DNA of 64,000 bases from Acidobacteriota bacterium (lineage in GTDB: Bacteria > Acidobacteriota > Thermoanaerobaculia > Multivoradales > UBA5704), in assembly GCA_034666985.1 (NCBI GenBank), contig JAXDKS010000053.1, forward strand, positions 97,980 through 161,979, written 5' to 3'. Shown one piece after another: positions 28,480 through 38,105 of this stretch; position 1 is the stretch's first letter; each line of letters opens with the position of its first letter. Under the pieces are notes generated by a model. The model was not told where the DNA came from, searched no databases, and saw nothing but the letters and a program-made list of their open reading frames with translations. The translations under genes were made by a program, and so were the position numbers.

Positions 28480-30861
28480 ATGCACGGAAAACGCCCCACT
28501 CCGGCCCTCCTGCTGGCGATCGTCCTGAGTCTGCCCGCGGCAGCCCAGACGACACCTCCCCCCGCGGCACCCGCGGCCATACCGCCGGAGCTGCAGCCCC
28601 AGGGACCCATCCAGCCGGTGGCGCCGACGCCGGGGAACCAGCCGACGCCCGGCACGCCGCAGACCCCGCCCTCGCCGGCCCCGGGAGCTCCGGGAGCCGC
28701 GCCCACGCCCGTCCCGGCAACGCCCGCTCCTCCGGCCGGACCGCCGGGCGCGGGGCCCGACCGGCTCGACTTCCAGCTCAAGTTCACCGGCCACGGCGGC
28801 GGCAGCGCGGCCGGCAGCGCCACCAGCCTGGAATACAAGCGCGAGGACCTCGCCGTCCTCACCGGCGGGGTGCAGATCCGCTACCAGGACATCGACCTCA
28901 AGGCCGACCAGGCCGAGATCGACCTCAAGACCAAGCTGGTCACCGCCAAGGGCAGCGTCATCATCGACCAGGGCCCCCGCCGGCTGACGGGCGATACCGC
29001 CACCTTCGACCTCGACACCAAGACCGGCAAGCTGATCAACGCCGGCGGCCAGGTCGCCCCCGACTATTATTTCAAGGGCGCCGAGGTGGAGAAGACGGGC
29101 CCCGACACCTACGTGGTGCGTGACGGCACCTTCACCTCCTGCAGCCAGCCGGTGCCGGACTGGAGCTTCCGCCTCAAGGAGGCGCGGATCGAGGTCGAGG
29201 GCTACGCCCACGTCAAGAGCGCCTCGATGCGGGCGAAGAAGCTGCCGGTCTTCTACACCCCCTACATCGTCTGGCCGGTGAAGAGCGAGCGCTCCTCGGG
29301 CTTCCTGATTCCCAACGTCGGCTACTCGGACCGCCGCGGCGCCTCGCTCGGCCTCGCCTACTTCCAGACCCTGGGCCGCAGCTACGACACCACGTTCCAC
29401 GCCGACTTCTTCACCCGCGACTTCCTCGGTCTGGGCGACGAATTCCGCTACCACCCCACCGCCGGCACGCGTGGCGATCTGCTGACCTACTTCGTGCGCG
29501 ACCCCGAGGTCGACCAGTGGCGCTGGAAGGTGGAGCTGAACCACACTACGGACGACCTGCCGCACGGCATGCGCGGCGTCATCCAGTATCAGGACTTCTC
29601 GGATTTCAACTTCTTCCGCGACTTCGAGCGTAGCTTCGACCGCAACACCCTGCGGTTCATCGACAGCCGGGCGTTCGTCACCGGCAACTGGGGCCCGCAC
29701 CTGTTCAACCTGCTGCTCAACAGCCGCGAGACGTTCATCAACCAAGCCGACACGGTCGTCCAGCGCAAGCTCCCCGAACTCGAGTACCGGCTGCGCCAGA
29801 CCCGCGTCGGCAGGACGCCGTTCTACCTGGAGCTCGACAGCTCGGTCGACTACCTCGACATCGCCCGGCCCAACAGCTACAGCGGCCAGTACGGGCGCTT
29901 CGACCTCTTCCCGCAGGTCACTCTGCCGGTGCGTACGGTCCCCTGGCTCAACCTCTCGGTGACGGGCGGCGAGCGGCTCACTTGGTACGGCGACTCCCTG
30001 AACGCCAATCAGACGGCCTTCACCGGTAACAGCCTGACGCGCACCTTCCCGGTGGCCAGCGCCCAGATCGTGGGTCCGTCGTTCTCGAAGATCTTCGCCG
30101 GCACCCTCGGCGGCTACAAGCTCAAGCACGTCATCGAGCCGCGCTTCACCTACGCCTATCAGGGGGCCTTCGACGACCGGCAGAACATCCCCCTGTTCGA
30201 CGAGGTCGACAACACCCCCCGCTCCGCCAACTCCGGACGGATCGCCCTCGACAACCGCATCCTCGCCAAGCCCAACACCGAAACTGGAAGCTCCCGCGAG
30301 GTCTTCCTCTTCGAGCTCGCCCGCAACTACAGCTTCGACGCCACCCAGCCCTTGCAGCTCTCCATCGACCGCCTGACGACGACGACCGCCGGCCCGCTCG
30401 AGGCGCTGCTGCGCTTCAACCCCGCGGACAAGATCAGCCTCAAGATCGAGGCCACCTACGACACCCTGTTCAAGGGGCTCTCCTCGACGAGCCTGACGGG
30501 CAACTACGGCTGGGGCCTGGCGAACTACGTGGGCGCCACCTGGTTCACCACCTCCCGCCCGGAGACCGGCCGGTCACTCGCCAACCAGGTGCGTTTCAAC
30601 GGCGGCTTCGGCATTCCCTCCTGGGGCCTGCGCCTGGAAGGGCAGATCAACTACGACTTCGAGCAGCAGCTCCTGCAGAGCGAGACCCTGATCGCCAACT
30701 ATCTCTCCCAGTGCTACGGTCTGCGCGTCGAGCTGCGGAAGTTCCAGAGCGCCACGGGGGCGCTGGGCGTGCAGGACCAGGAGATCCGTTTCTCCCTGAC
30801 GCTGAAGAACGTCGGCACCTTCCTCGACCTCACCAGCCGCACCTCGCAGAATCAGCCGTGA
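28480..30861 (+). CDS. lptD: LPS assembly protein LptD
   Basis: Signal peptide, OstA-like N-terminal domain with FTSC, RSSGFLIP, beta-barrel, QCYG near the C-terminus. Confidence 0.85.
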   Translation: MHGKRPTPALLLAIVLSLPAAAQTTPPPAAPAAIPPELQPQGPIQPVAPTPGNQPTPGTPQTPPSPAPGAPGAAPTPVPATPAPPAGPPGAGPDRLDFQLKFTGHGGGSAAGSATSLEYKREDLAVLTGGVQIRYQDIDLKADQAEIDLKTKLVTAKGSVIIDQGPRRLTGDTATFDLDTKTGKLINAGGQVAPDYYFKGAEVEKTGPDTYVVRDGTFTSCSQPVPDWSFRLKEARIEVEGYAHVKSASMRAKKLPVFYTPYIVWPVKSERSSGFLIPNVGYSDRRGASLGLAYFQTLGRSYDTTFHADFFTRDFLGLGDEFRYHPTAGTRGDLLTYFVRDPEVDQWRWKVELNHTTDDLPHGMRGVIQYQDFSDFNFFRDFERSFDRNTLRFIDSRAFVTGNWGPHLFNLLLNSRETFINQADTVVQRKLPELEYRLRQTRVGRTPFYLELDSSVDYLDIARPNSYSGQYGRFDLFPQVTLPVRTVPWLNLSVTGGERLTWYGDSLNANQTAFTGNSLTRTFPVASAQIVGPSFSKIFAGTLGGYKLKHVIEPRFTYAYQGAFDDRQNIPLFDEVDNTPRSANSGRIALDNRILAKPNTETGSSREVFLFELARNYSFDATQPLQLSIDRLTTTTAGPLEALLRFNPADKISLKIEATYDTLFKGLSSTSLTGNYGWGLANYVGATWFTTSRPETGRSLANQVRFNGGFGIPSWGLRLEGQINYDFEQQLLQSETLIANYLSQCYGLRVELRKFQSATGALGVQDQEIRFSLTLKNVGTFLDLTSRTSQNQP

Positions 30862-30895
30862 GAATCAGCCGGGATTGCGCGCCACCGGAGATCCG

Positions 30896-31972
30896 ATGAA
30901 GGGGTTGATCCTGTCTGGAGGCAAGGGGACGCGGCTGCGCCCCCTCACCCACACCTCGGCCAAGCAGCTCGTGCCGGTCGCCAACAAGCCGGTGCTCTTC
31001 TATGCCATCGAGTCGATCGTGGCGGCGGGCATCACCGAGATCGGCATCATCGTCGGCGACACCCGGCGGGAGATCAAGGCCGCGGTGGGCGACGGCTCCC
31101 GCTTCGGCGCCCAGGTGACCTACATCGAGCAGGAGGCGCCCCTGGGCCTCGCCCACGCCGTGCTGATCGCCGAGCCCTTCCTGGCCGGCGCCTCCTTCGT
31201 CATGTACCTGGGCGACAACCTGATCGCCGGCGGCATCACCTCCCTGGTGGAGGAGTTCCGTGACCTCGGCTGCAACTCGGAGATCCTGCTCGCCGAGGTG
31301 CCCAACCCCGAGCAGTTCGGGGTGGCGGAGCTGACCGCCGAGGGGAAGGTCCACCGGCTGGTGGAGAAGCCGCCCGAGCCGCGCAGCAATCTCGCTTTGG
31401 TTGGCGTCTACATGTTCGACGCGTCGATCTTCGAATCGGTCCAGCGCATCAAGCCCTCGCAGCGCGGCGAGCTCGAGATCACCGACGCCATTCAGGACCT
31501 GATCGACCGCGGCCTCGACGTCCACCCCCACATCGTCCGCGGCTGGTGGAAGGATACCGGCAAGCTGGAGGACATGCTGGAGGCCAACCGCATCGTCCTC
31601 GAGAGCCTGGAGGTGCCGCGCGGCGCCAACCTCGGGGAGGTCGGCAAGGGCAGCCGCATCGAGGGGCGGGTGCAGCTCGGAGAAGGGGTGGAGATCGTCG
31701 ACTCGCTGGTGCGCGGGCCGGTGGTGATCGGCGACGGTGCCCGCCTGGAGCACGCCTTTGTGGGGCCCTACACCTCGATCGGCGAGCGCTGCACCCTGGT
31801 GCGCTGCGAGATGGAGAACTCCATCGTCCTCGCCGACTCCGAGATCCGGGACGTGCCGCTGCGCATCGACGGCTCGCTGATCGGCCGCAACGTGCGCATC
31901 GTCCGGACCGATCAGAAGCCCAAGGCCTACCGCTTCATGGTGGGGGACAACTCGGAGGTCGGGATCTCCTAG
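30896..31972 (+). CDS. rmlA: Glucose-1-phosphate thymidylyltransferase (long form)
   Basis: GGKGTRLRPLT, KQLVPVANKP, RGELEITD, WKDTG. Confidence 0.92.
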   Translation: MKGLILSGGKGTRLRPLTHTSAKQLVPVANKPVLFYAIESIVAAGITEIGIIVGDTRREIKAAVGDGSRFGAQVTYIEQEAPLGLAHAVLIAEPFLAGASFVMYLGDNLIAGGITSLVEEFRDLGCNSEILLAEVPNPEQFGVAELTAEGKVHRLVEKPPEPRSNLALVGVYMFDASIFESVQRIKPSQRGELEITDAIQDLIDRGLDVHPHIVRGWWKDTGKLEDMLEANRIVLESLEVPRGANLGEVGKGSRIEGRVQLGEGVEIVDSLVRGPVVIGDGARLEHAFVGPYTSIGERCTLVRCEMENSIVLADSEIRDVPLRIDGSLIGRNVRIVRTDQKPKAYRFMVGDNSEVGIS

Positions 31973-32866
31973 ATGCGCTGCCTGGTCTTCGGCGGGACGG
32001 GCATGCTGGGCCAGGCGGTAATCGCGGAGGCGAGGTCCCGCGGCTGGGCCGCGCTCGGGCTCTCTCACGTTCAGGCCGACGTCACCGACCGCGAGCGGCT
32101 GCTCGGCTGGGCCGACGCCTTCCGTCCCGAGGTCGTGGTCAACTGCGCCGCCCACACCAGAGTGGATGCCTGCGAGACGGAGGCGGAGCGGGCCTTCGCC
32201 ATCAACGGCGACGCCGTGGCGAACGCCGCCGCAGTGGCCGAGAGAGCGGGCGCGCGGCTGGTCCACGTCTCCACCGACTACGTCTTTGATGGAGCGGGCC
32301 GCGAGCCCTATCTTGAGGAAGCGCCCACGGCCCCCCTCTCCGTCTACGGCCGCAGCAAGCTCGGGGGCGAGGCCCACGCCTTGGCCTGCGAGCGCGGCCT
32401 GGTGGTGCGGACAAGCTGGCTCTTCGGCCCCGGCGGCCCCAACTTCGTCGCCACCATGGTGGGCCTGATCGAGGCCGGCCGCGTGCCCCTGCGGGTGGTG
32501 CGCGACCAGGAGGGGTGCCCCACCTACGCCCCGTTCCTGGCCCGGGCCCTGCTCGACCTCGCCCGTCTCGGGGCCACCGGCGTCGTTCACTATCGCAATC
32601 GGGAGCCCGTCTCCTGGTACGCTTTCGCCGTCGAGATCGCCCGCCTGTGGTCGGGACAGCCGGGAGCGGTCGAAGTGGTGCCCATTACCACGACCGACTA
32701 TCCCCGCCCCGCCCGGCGCCCGGCCTGGTCGGTGCTGGACGTGACGCGCTTCGAGGGGCTGGCTGGCCGGCGGGTGGAGCCCTGGGAATGTGGACTGGTC
32801 GAAACGCTGGACCGGCTGCGCGAGTCGCGGTCTCCGGGACATCTGCGAAAGGGGAGGAGTCAATGA
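31973..32866 (+). CDS. rmlD: dTDP-4-dehydrorhamnose reductase
   Basis: GGTGMLG, STDYVFDG, YGRSKLGGE, PARRP. Confidence 0.92.
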   Translation: MRCLVFGGTGMLGQAVIAEARSRGWAALGLSHVQADVTDRERLLGWADAFRPEVVVNCAAHTRVDACETEAERAFAINGDAVANAAAVAERAGARLVHVSTDYVFDGAGREPYLEEAPTAPLSVYGRSKLGGEAHALACERGLVVRTSWLFGPGGPNFVATMVGLIEAGRVPLRVVRDQEGCPTYAPFLARALLDLARLGATGVVHYRNREPVSWYAFAVEIARLWSGQPGAVEVVPITTTDYPRPARRPAWSVLDVTRFEGLAGRRVEPWECGLVETLDRLRESRSPGHLRKGRSQ

Positions 32867-33846
32867 GAGCACTGATCACCGGAATCACCGGCTTCGCCGG
32901 ATCCCACCTGGCGGAATACATCCTGGCGGAGCAGCCGGGGGTCGAGGTCTTCGGCACCTTCCGGTGGCGTAGCCGCATGGACAACGTCGAACACCTCGAC
33001 GGCCGCATCCGGCTGGTCGAGGCCGACCTGCGCGACTACACCTCGATGCACCAGGCCCTGAACGTCTCGCGGCCGGACGTCATCTTCCATCTCGCGGCCC
33101 AGAGCTTCGTGCCGTCGAGCTGGAACGCGCCCAGCGACACGATGGTCACCAACGTCACCGGGCAGACCCATCTCTTCGAGGCCATCCGCGCCCTGAAGCT
33201 CGATCCGGTGGTGCAGATCGCCTGCTCCAGCGAGCAGTACGGCCTCGTCCTCCCCGGCGAGACGCCGATCAAGGAGACCAACCCGCTGCGGCCGCTGTCC
33301 CCCTACGCCGTCTCCAAGGTGGCCCAGGACTATCTTGGCTACCAGTATTTCCAGAGCTACGGCCTCAAGGCCGTGCGCACCCGGGGCTTCAACCACACCG
33401 GGCCGCGCCGCGGGCAGGTCTTCGTCACCTCCAACTTCTGCAGCCAGGTGGCGGCCATCGAGCTCGGGCTCCAGGAGCCGGTGATCCACGTGGGCAACAT
33501 GGAGGCCATCCGCGACTTCACCGACGTGCGCGACATGGTGCGCGCCTACTGGCTGGCGGTGACCAAGGCCAAGCCCGGCGAGGTCTACAACATCGCCACC
33601 GGCCACGGCATCCACATCCGCGAGATGCTCGACCTCGTCCTCTCCTTCTCCCGGGTCGAGGTGCGGACGGAGGTCGATCCGAATCGCCTGCGCCCCTCGG
33701 ACGTGGAGATCCTGATCGGCGACAGTTCGAAGTTCCGCGCCGACACGGGCTGGGAGCCGCGCATCCCCTTCGAGCAGACGGTGCGCGACCTGCTCGACTA
33801 CTGGCGCAAGGTGCTCGCCGCGCGCAAGGCACGGCTCCAGGGATAG
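32863..33846 (+). CDS. GDP-mannose 4,6-dehydratase-like SDR
   Basis: GITGFAG, HLAAQSFV, SSEQYG, SPYAVSK, FNHTGPRR. Confidence 0.85.
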   Translation: MRALITGITGFAGSHLAEYILAEQPGVEVFGTFRWRSRMDNVEHLDGRIRLVEADLRDYTSMHQALNVSRPDVIFHLAAQSFVPSSWNAPSDTMVTNVTGQTHLFEAIRALKLDPVVQIACSSEQYGLVLPGETPIKETNPLRPLSPYAVSKVAQDYLGYQYFQSYGLKAVRTRGFNHTGPRRGQVFVTSNFCSQVAAIELGLQEPVIHVGNMEAIRDFTDVRDMVRAYWLAVTKAKPGEVYNIATGHGIHIREMLDLVLSFSRVEVRTEVDPNRLRPSDVEILIGDSSKFRADTGWEPRIPFEQTVRDLLDYWRKVLAARKARLQG

Positions 33847-33862
33847 AATTCTTCAGAATCCC

Positions 33863-34762
33863 ATGCACGTCTTCATCACCGGCATCGGCGGCTTCGTGGC
33901 CTCGCGGCTCGTGCGACATCTGACCGGCCGGGGGGAGCGGGTGAGCGGCACGTACATCGGCGCGCGGCCGGATTTCCCTGGCGTCGACCTCCACGAGGTG
34001 GACCTGCTGGACCGGGACGGCCTGAAGCGCGCCGTCTGCGCAGCCTCGCCGGACGCGATCGTGAACCTCGCGGGCCTCTCCCACATCGGCGAGTCCTGGG
34101 CCTGGGAGAAGATGGCCGACTATTTCTGGGTCAACGTCGTGGGGACCGAGAACGTGCTCGCCGCGGCGTCGGGCCGGCCGGTGGTGATCGCCTCCAGCGC
34201 CGACGTCTATGGCACGGTCCCCCGCGAAGAGCAGCCGATCCCCGAGGACCGCCGCATCGCGCCGCAGACCCCCTATGCCCTGACCAAGGCCGCGGCCGAG
34301 CGGCTGGCGGTGGGTGCCAACGCCGTGATCGTGCGCTCGTTCAACCTGATCGGTCCGGAGCAGGCCCCGAAGTTCGCTCTGCCCTCCTGGGCCGCCCAAC
34401 TCGCCGCCATCCAGCGCGGCGAACGGGGGCCAGTGCTCGAGGTCGGCGATCTCTCGACGGCGCGCGACTTCGTCCACGTCGACGACGGCGCCGCCGCCTA
34501 CCGCCTGCTGGCCGAGAAGGGGAGCCCGGGGACCGTCTACAATCTGGCCAGCGGCAAGGCCGTCCAGATGGGGCACGCCCTCGACCGGCTCCTCGCGATC
34601 TCGGGCGTCGCGGTCGAGGTGAAGGAAGGGGCCTTCCCTTCCCGTCCCTTCGACATCCCCTACCTCGCCGGCGACGCGAGCCGCCTGCGGGCCCTGGGAT
34701 GGAAGCCGGAGCGCACGCTGGACGACGCCCTGACGGACCTGTGGAGGGACGCTCGAGCATGA
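33863..34762 (+). CDS. GDP-4-keto-6-deoxy-mannose reductase (Rmd)-like extended SDR
   Basis: GIGGFVA, SSADVYG, TPYALTK, FNLIGPEQ. Confidence 0.75.
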   Translation: MHVFITGIGGFVASRLVRHLTGRGERVSGTYIGARPDFPGVDLHEVDLLDRDGLKRAVCAASPDAIVNLAGLSHIGESWAWEKMADYFWVNVVGTENVLAAASGRPVVIASSADVYGTVPREEQPIPEDRRIAPQTPYALTKAAAERLAVGANAVIVRSFNLIGPEQAPKFALPSWAAQLAAIQRGERGPVLEVGDLSTARDFVHVDDGAAAYRLLAEKGSPGTVYNLASGKAVQMGHALDRLLAISGVAVEVKEGAFPSRPFDIPYLAGDASRLRALGWKPERTLDDALTDLWRDARA

Positions 34763-35760
34763 AAGTCCTCGTTACCGGTGGCACCGGCTTCCTCGGTCGC
34801 CGCGTCGTCTCCGAGCTGGCGCCCCGGCACTCGCTGCGGCTGCTGGTGCGCCGGGGCTCGTCCCGCGAGCGCTTCCCGGCCGGCGTCGAATTCGCCGAGG
34901 GGGACGTCGTCGATCGCGAGAGCCTGACGCGGGCCGTCGCCGGCTGCGACGCCGTGGTGCACGCGGCGGCGCTGGTGAAGATCCTGGCGCCCCGCGAGCA
35001 GTTCGACCGCGTCAACGTCGGAGGGCTGGAGAACGTGCTGGCCGCGGCGGAATCCGCGGGGACCGTGGAGCGGATGGTCTACGTCTCCAGCTTCATGGCC
35101 CTCGGCCCCACCGAAGGCGGACCGGGGGGCGTGCTCGACGAGAGCGCCGAGCCTCGCGACCGGGTTTGGATTAACGACTACGAGCGCACCAAGGCCCTCT
35201 CCGACCGACGGGCCCGCCAAGCCGCAGCCGCGGGCGCGCCCCTCGACGTCGTCTACCCCGGCGTCATCTACGGTCCGGGCGAGCTGACCGAGGGGAACAT
35301 CGTGGTGCGCCACGTCCTGGACCTCGTGAAAGGGCGCCTGCCCGCCCTCCTGGGGAAGCCCGAGCGGCGGTGGAACTACGTCTACGTGGACGACGTCGCC
35401 CGCGGCGTGACCCAGGTCCTCGAGAGTGGGGGCCCGGCGGGGCGGCGGTACGTGCTGGGCGGTGAGAACGTGACGCAGGGCGACTTCTACGCCACGGTCG
35501 GCCGGCTCTTCGGCGCCAAGATCCCATCGCTGCGCCTGCCCGACGCGGTGGCCAAGGCGGCCGGCGGCCTCCAGAAGGCGTGGGCCCAACTGCGCGGTAC
35601 CACCCCACAGCTCACCCCCGATCTTGTGGAGGTCTACCGCCACGACTGGGCGTTCAGCTCGGGCAAGGCGGAGAAGGAGCTGGGATACCGCTGGCGTACC
35701 CTGGCCGAGGGCCTGGGCTCGACCGCCGCCTGGCTGCGGGAGAGCGGGCAGATCCCGTGA
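34759..35760 (+). CDS. Extended SDR of the HpnA / plant farnesol dehydrogenase type
   Basis: TGGTGFLG, HAAALV, VNVGGL, SSFMALG, YERTK, YPGVIYGPG. Confidence 0.8.
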   Translation: MKVLVTGGTGFLGRRVVSELAPRHSLRLLVRRGSSRERFPAGVEFAEGDVVDRESLTRAVAGCDAVVHAAALVKILAPREQFDRVNVGGLENVLAAAESAGTVERMVYVSSFMALGPTEGGPGGVLDESAEPRDRVWINDYERTKALSDRRARQAAAAGAPLDVVYPGVIYGPGELTEGNIVVRHVLDLVKGRLPALLGKPERRWNYVYVDDVARGVTQVLESGGPAGRRYVLGGENVTQGDFYATVGRLFGAKIPSLRLPDAVAKAAGGLQKAWAQLRGTTPQLTPDLVEVYRHDWAFSSGKAEKELGYRWRTLAEGLGSTAAWLRESGQIP

Positions 35761-37112
35761 GCGACTTCACGCGGAGCGAGCTGGCGCGCAAGGCGACCCA
35801 CATGGGGGTGGGGCTGATCGCCTTCTCCCTCCGCTTCCTGGGTCCCCTCTGGTCGGCCGTGATCGCCCTCTGCGCCCTGGGCTTCAACCTCTACCTGCTG
35901 CCGCGGATCGGTGGCCGGCACCTGTGGCGGCCGGCGGAGCTGGAGGCCGGCGGCTCGCTGGGCATCGTCCTCTACCCGCTGGCCGTACTGCTGCTGATCC
36001 TCGTCTTCTGGAATCGCCTGGAGGTGGCGGCGGCGGCCTGGGGGATCCTCGCCTTCGGCGACGGCATGGCCTCGGTCGCGGGCATGACCCTCGGCCGGGC
36101 CAAGCTCCCCTGGAACCCGCGGAAGAGCTGGGTGGGGAGCCTCGCCTACGTGGTCTGCGGCGCCCTGGCCGCGGCCATGCTCCTGGTGTGGACGGCGCCC
36201 GTCCAGGGCCGCTCTTACAGCTTGGCTTTCGCCCTGGCCGCCGGTTTCGCGACCGCCCTGCTCGCCGCCGCCCTGGAGTCGCTGCCTCAAGGCTTGGACG
36301 ACAACCTCGGCGTCCCCCTCGTCTCCGGCCTGTTCCTGCTCGGACTGGTGCTGACCCAGGGACATTGGGGCGCCTTCCTGGCCGATCCAGGCCTGCCGGC
36401 GCGTCTGCTGCTGGCAGTGCTGGTCAACGCCGCCCTCGCCGGGGCCGCCTACGCCGCGCGCACGGTCGATCTCTCCGGCGTGGTTGCCGGTTTCGTAGTG
36501 GGCTTCCTCATCTATGCTTTCTACGACTGGCGGGGCTACCTGCTGCTGCTGACCTTCTTCGTCATCGGCAGCGCCTGCACCAGATTCGGCTACCGCAAGA
36601 AGGCCGCCGCGAAGCTGGCCCAGGAGAAGGGGGGCCGGCGGGGGGCCCGCCACGCTCTGGCGAACGCCGGCGTGGCCACGGCCTGCGCCCTGTTTGCAGC
36701 CTTGACCGGCCACCCCGTGCTCTTCGGCCTCGCCTTCGCCGGGGCCTTCGCCACCGCCGCCGCCGACACCGCGTCGAGCGAGATCGGCCAGCTCCTCGGC
36801 CGCCGCACCTTCCTCATCACTACCTTCCGCCCGGTGCCGCGGGGCACTGAAGGGGCCGTCTCCCTGGAGGGGACGCTGGCGGGCGTGATCGCCTCGCTGA
36901 TCCTCGCCGTCCTCGGCGCCTCCCGCGGGCTCTACCCCTGGGCTGGCGTGCTGGCCGTGGTGGTGGCAGCATTCGTGGGCACGACGTTCGAGAGCGTGGT
37001 GGGGGCGGCGCTCGAAAAGCGGCAGCTCCTCGACAACGAAGCGCTCAACTTCCTGAACACCCTGGTGGGAGCGCTCGCCGCCGCGGCGTTCGCTCCCTGG
37101 ATCCTGCACTAG
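35757..37112 (+). CDS. Fusion of a CTP-dependent prenol (phytol/dolichol) kinase-like domain and DUF92
   Basis: N-half: ELARKATH, FGDGMASVAG, KSWVGS, DDNL. C-half: ANAGVA, ADTASSEIG, GAVSLEGTLAG. GTG start overlaps the upstream stop. Confidence 0.8.
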   Translation: MSDFTRSELARKATHMGVGLIAFSLRFLGPLWSAVIALCALGFNLYLLPRIGGRHLWRPAELEAGGSLGIVLYPLAVLLLILVFWNRLEVAAAAWGILAFGDGMASVAGMTLGRAKLPWNPRKSWVGSLAYVVCGALAAAMLLVWTAPVQGRSYSLAFALAAGFATALLAAALESLPQGLDDNLGVPLVSGLFLLGLVLTQGHWGAFLADPGLPARLLLAVLVNAALAGAAYAARTVDLSGVVAGFVVGFLIYAFYDWRGYLLLLTFFVIGSACTRFGYRKKAAAKLAQEKGGRRGARHALANAGVATACALFAALTGHPVLFGLAFAGAFATAAADTASSEIGQLLGRRTFLITTFRPVPRGTEGAVSLEGTLAGVIASLILAVLGASRGLYPWAGVLAVVVAAFVGTTFESVVGAALEKRQLLDNEALNFLNTLVGALAAAAFAPWILH

Positions 37113-37115
37113 ACC

Positions 37116-38105
37116 ATGGCCTCCAAGCTCTCTCTCTACAGCCAGCTCGCCCGCCCTTTCACCCTGCTGCCGCCGCTGCTGGGCATCGTCTCGGGCGCCG
37201 TCTGCGCCTTCGGCTCGGTGCACAACCCCGACCCGTCGCGCCAGCTCACGATGCCGGTCGTCCTCACCGTGATCCTGGGCTCGGTCTGCGCCAGCCTGAT
37301 GAACGCGGCGTCGAACGCCATCAATCAGATCTACGACCTGGAGATCGACCGCCTCAACAAGCCGAACCGTCCCCTGGTCACCGGGGCGCTCTCGGTGCGT
37401 GAGGCCTGGATCTTCACCTGGATCTTCTACACCCTGGCGCTGATCCCCACCTGGCTCGTGGTGCCGCACCCCTACGACACCCTGGAGCAGAAACTGACGG
37501 CTCCCCTCTCCGAGCACGTGACCTTCTTCATCTACCTGGCGGGGCTGCTCTTCACCTTCGTCTACTCGGCGCCGGAGTTGGGGCGGACCAAGGTCCGGGG
37601 CATGCTCGCCAACCTGACCATTGCCATCCCCCGCGGGGTGCTGCTCAAGGTGGCGGGCTGGGCCATGGTGGCGCACGTGGCCTTCACCGAGCCCTGGTAC
37701 ATCGGCGCGGTCATCGGCTTCTTCCTCATCGGCGCCGCCTCCACCAAGGACTTCGCGGACATGGAAGGGGACCGCGCCGGCGGGTGCAAGACCCTGCCCA
37801 TCCTCTACGGTCCCAGGAAGGCGGCCTGGATCATGGCCCCCTTCTTCGTCTTTCCCTGGCTCCTCCTGCCGCTGGGTGCCCATCTGCGCGATCCGCAGAA
37901 CCCGCAGCACGCCATCCTCACGGGCAACCCTCTGCTGCTGACCATCATGGGCGTCCTCTTCACCCTCTGGGGCCTCTACACGGTCTACCTCCTGGTGCGG
38001 GACCCTGATTCCCTCACCGAGACGGAGAACCATCCGTCCTGGAAGCACATGTATCTGATGATGATGGGGGCGCAGGTGGGGCTGGCGCTGGCTTACATGT
38101 TCTAA
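37116..38105 (+). CDS. UbiA-family prenyltransferase (ChlG/DGGGP-synthase/HPT-type motifs)
   Basis: RPFTL, NQIYDLEIDRLNKPNRPL, KDFADMEGDRAGG. Confidence 0.88.
   Translation: MASKLSLYSQLARPFTLLPPLLGIVSGAVCAFGSVHNPDPSRQLTMPVVLTVILGSVCASLMNAASNAINQIYDLEIDRLNKPNRPLVTGALSVREAWIFTWIFYTLALIPTWLVVPHPYDTLEQKLTAPLSEHVTFFIYLAGLLFTFVYSAPELGRTKVRGMLANLTIAIPRGVLLKVAGWAMVAHVAFTEPWYIGAVIGFFLIGAASTKDFADMEGDRAGGCKTLPILYGPRKAAWIMAPFFVFPWLLLPLGAHLRDPQNPQHAILTGNPLLLTIMGVLFTLWGLYTVYLLVRDPDSLTETENHPSWKHMYLMMMGAQVGLALAYMF

Noticed and set aside
37116-38105. UbiA protein as heme O synthase (CtaB) for the nearby oxidase
   Set aside because: It has DxxNKPxRP and KDxxDxxGD motifs rather than the CtaB DxxMxRTxxRP signature
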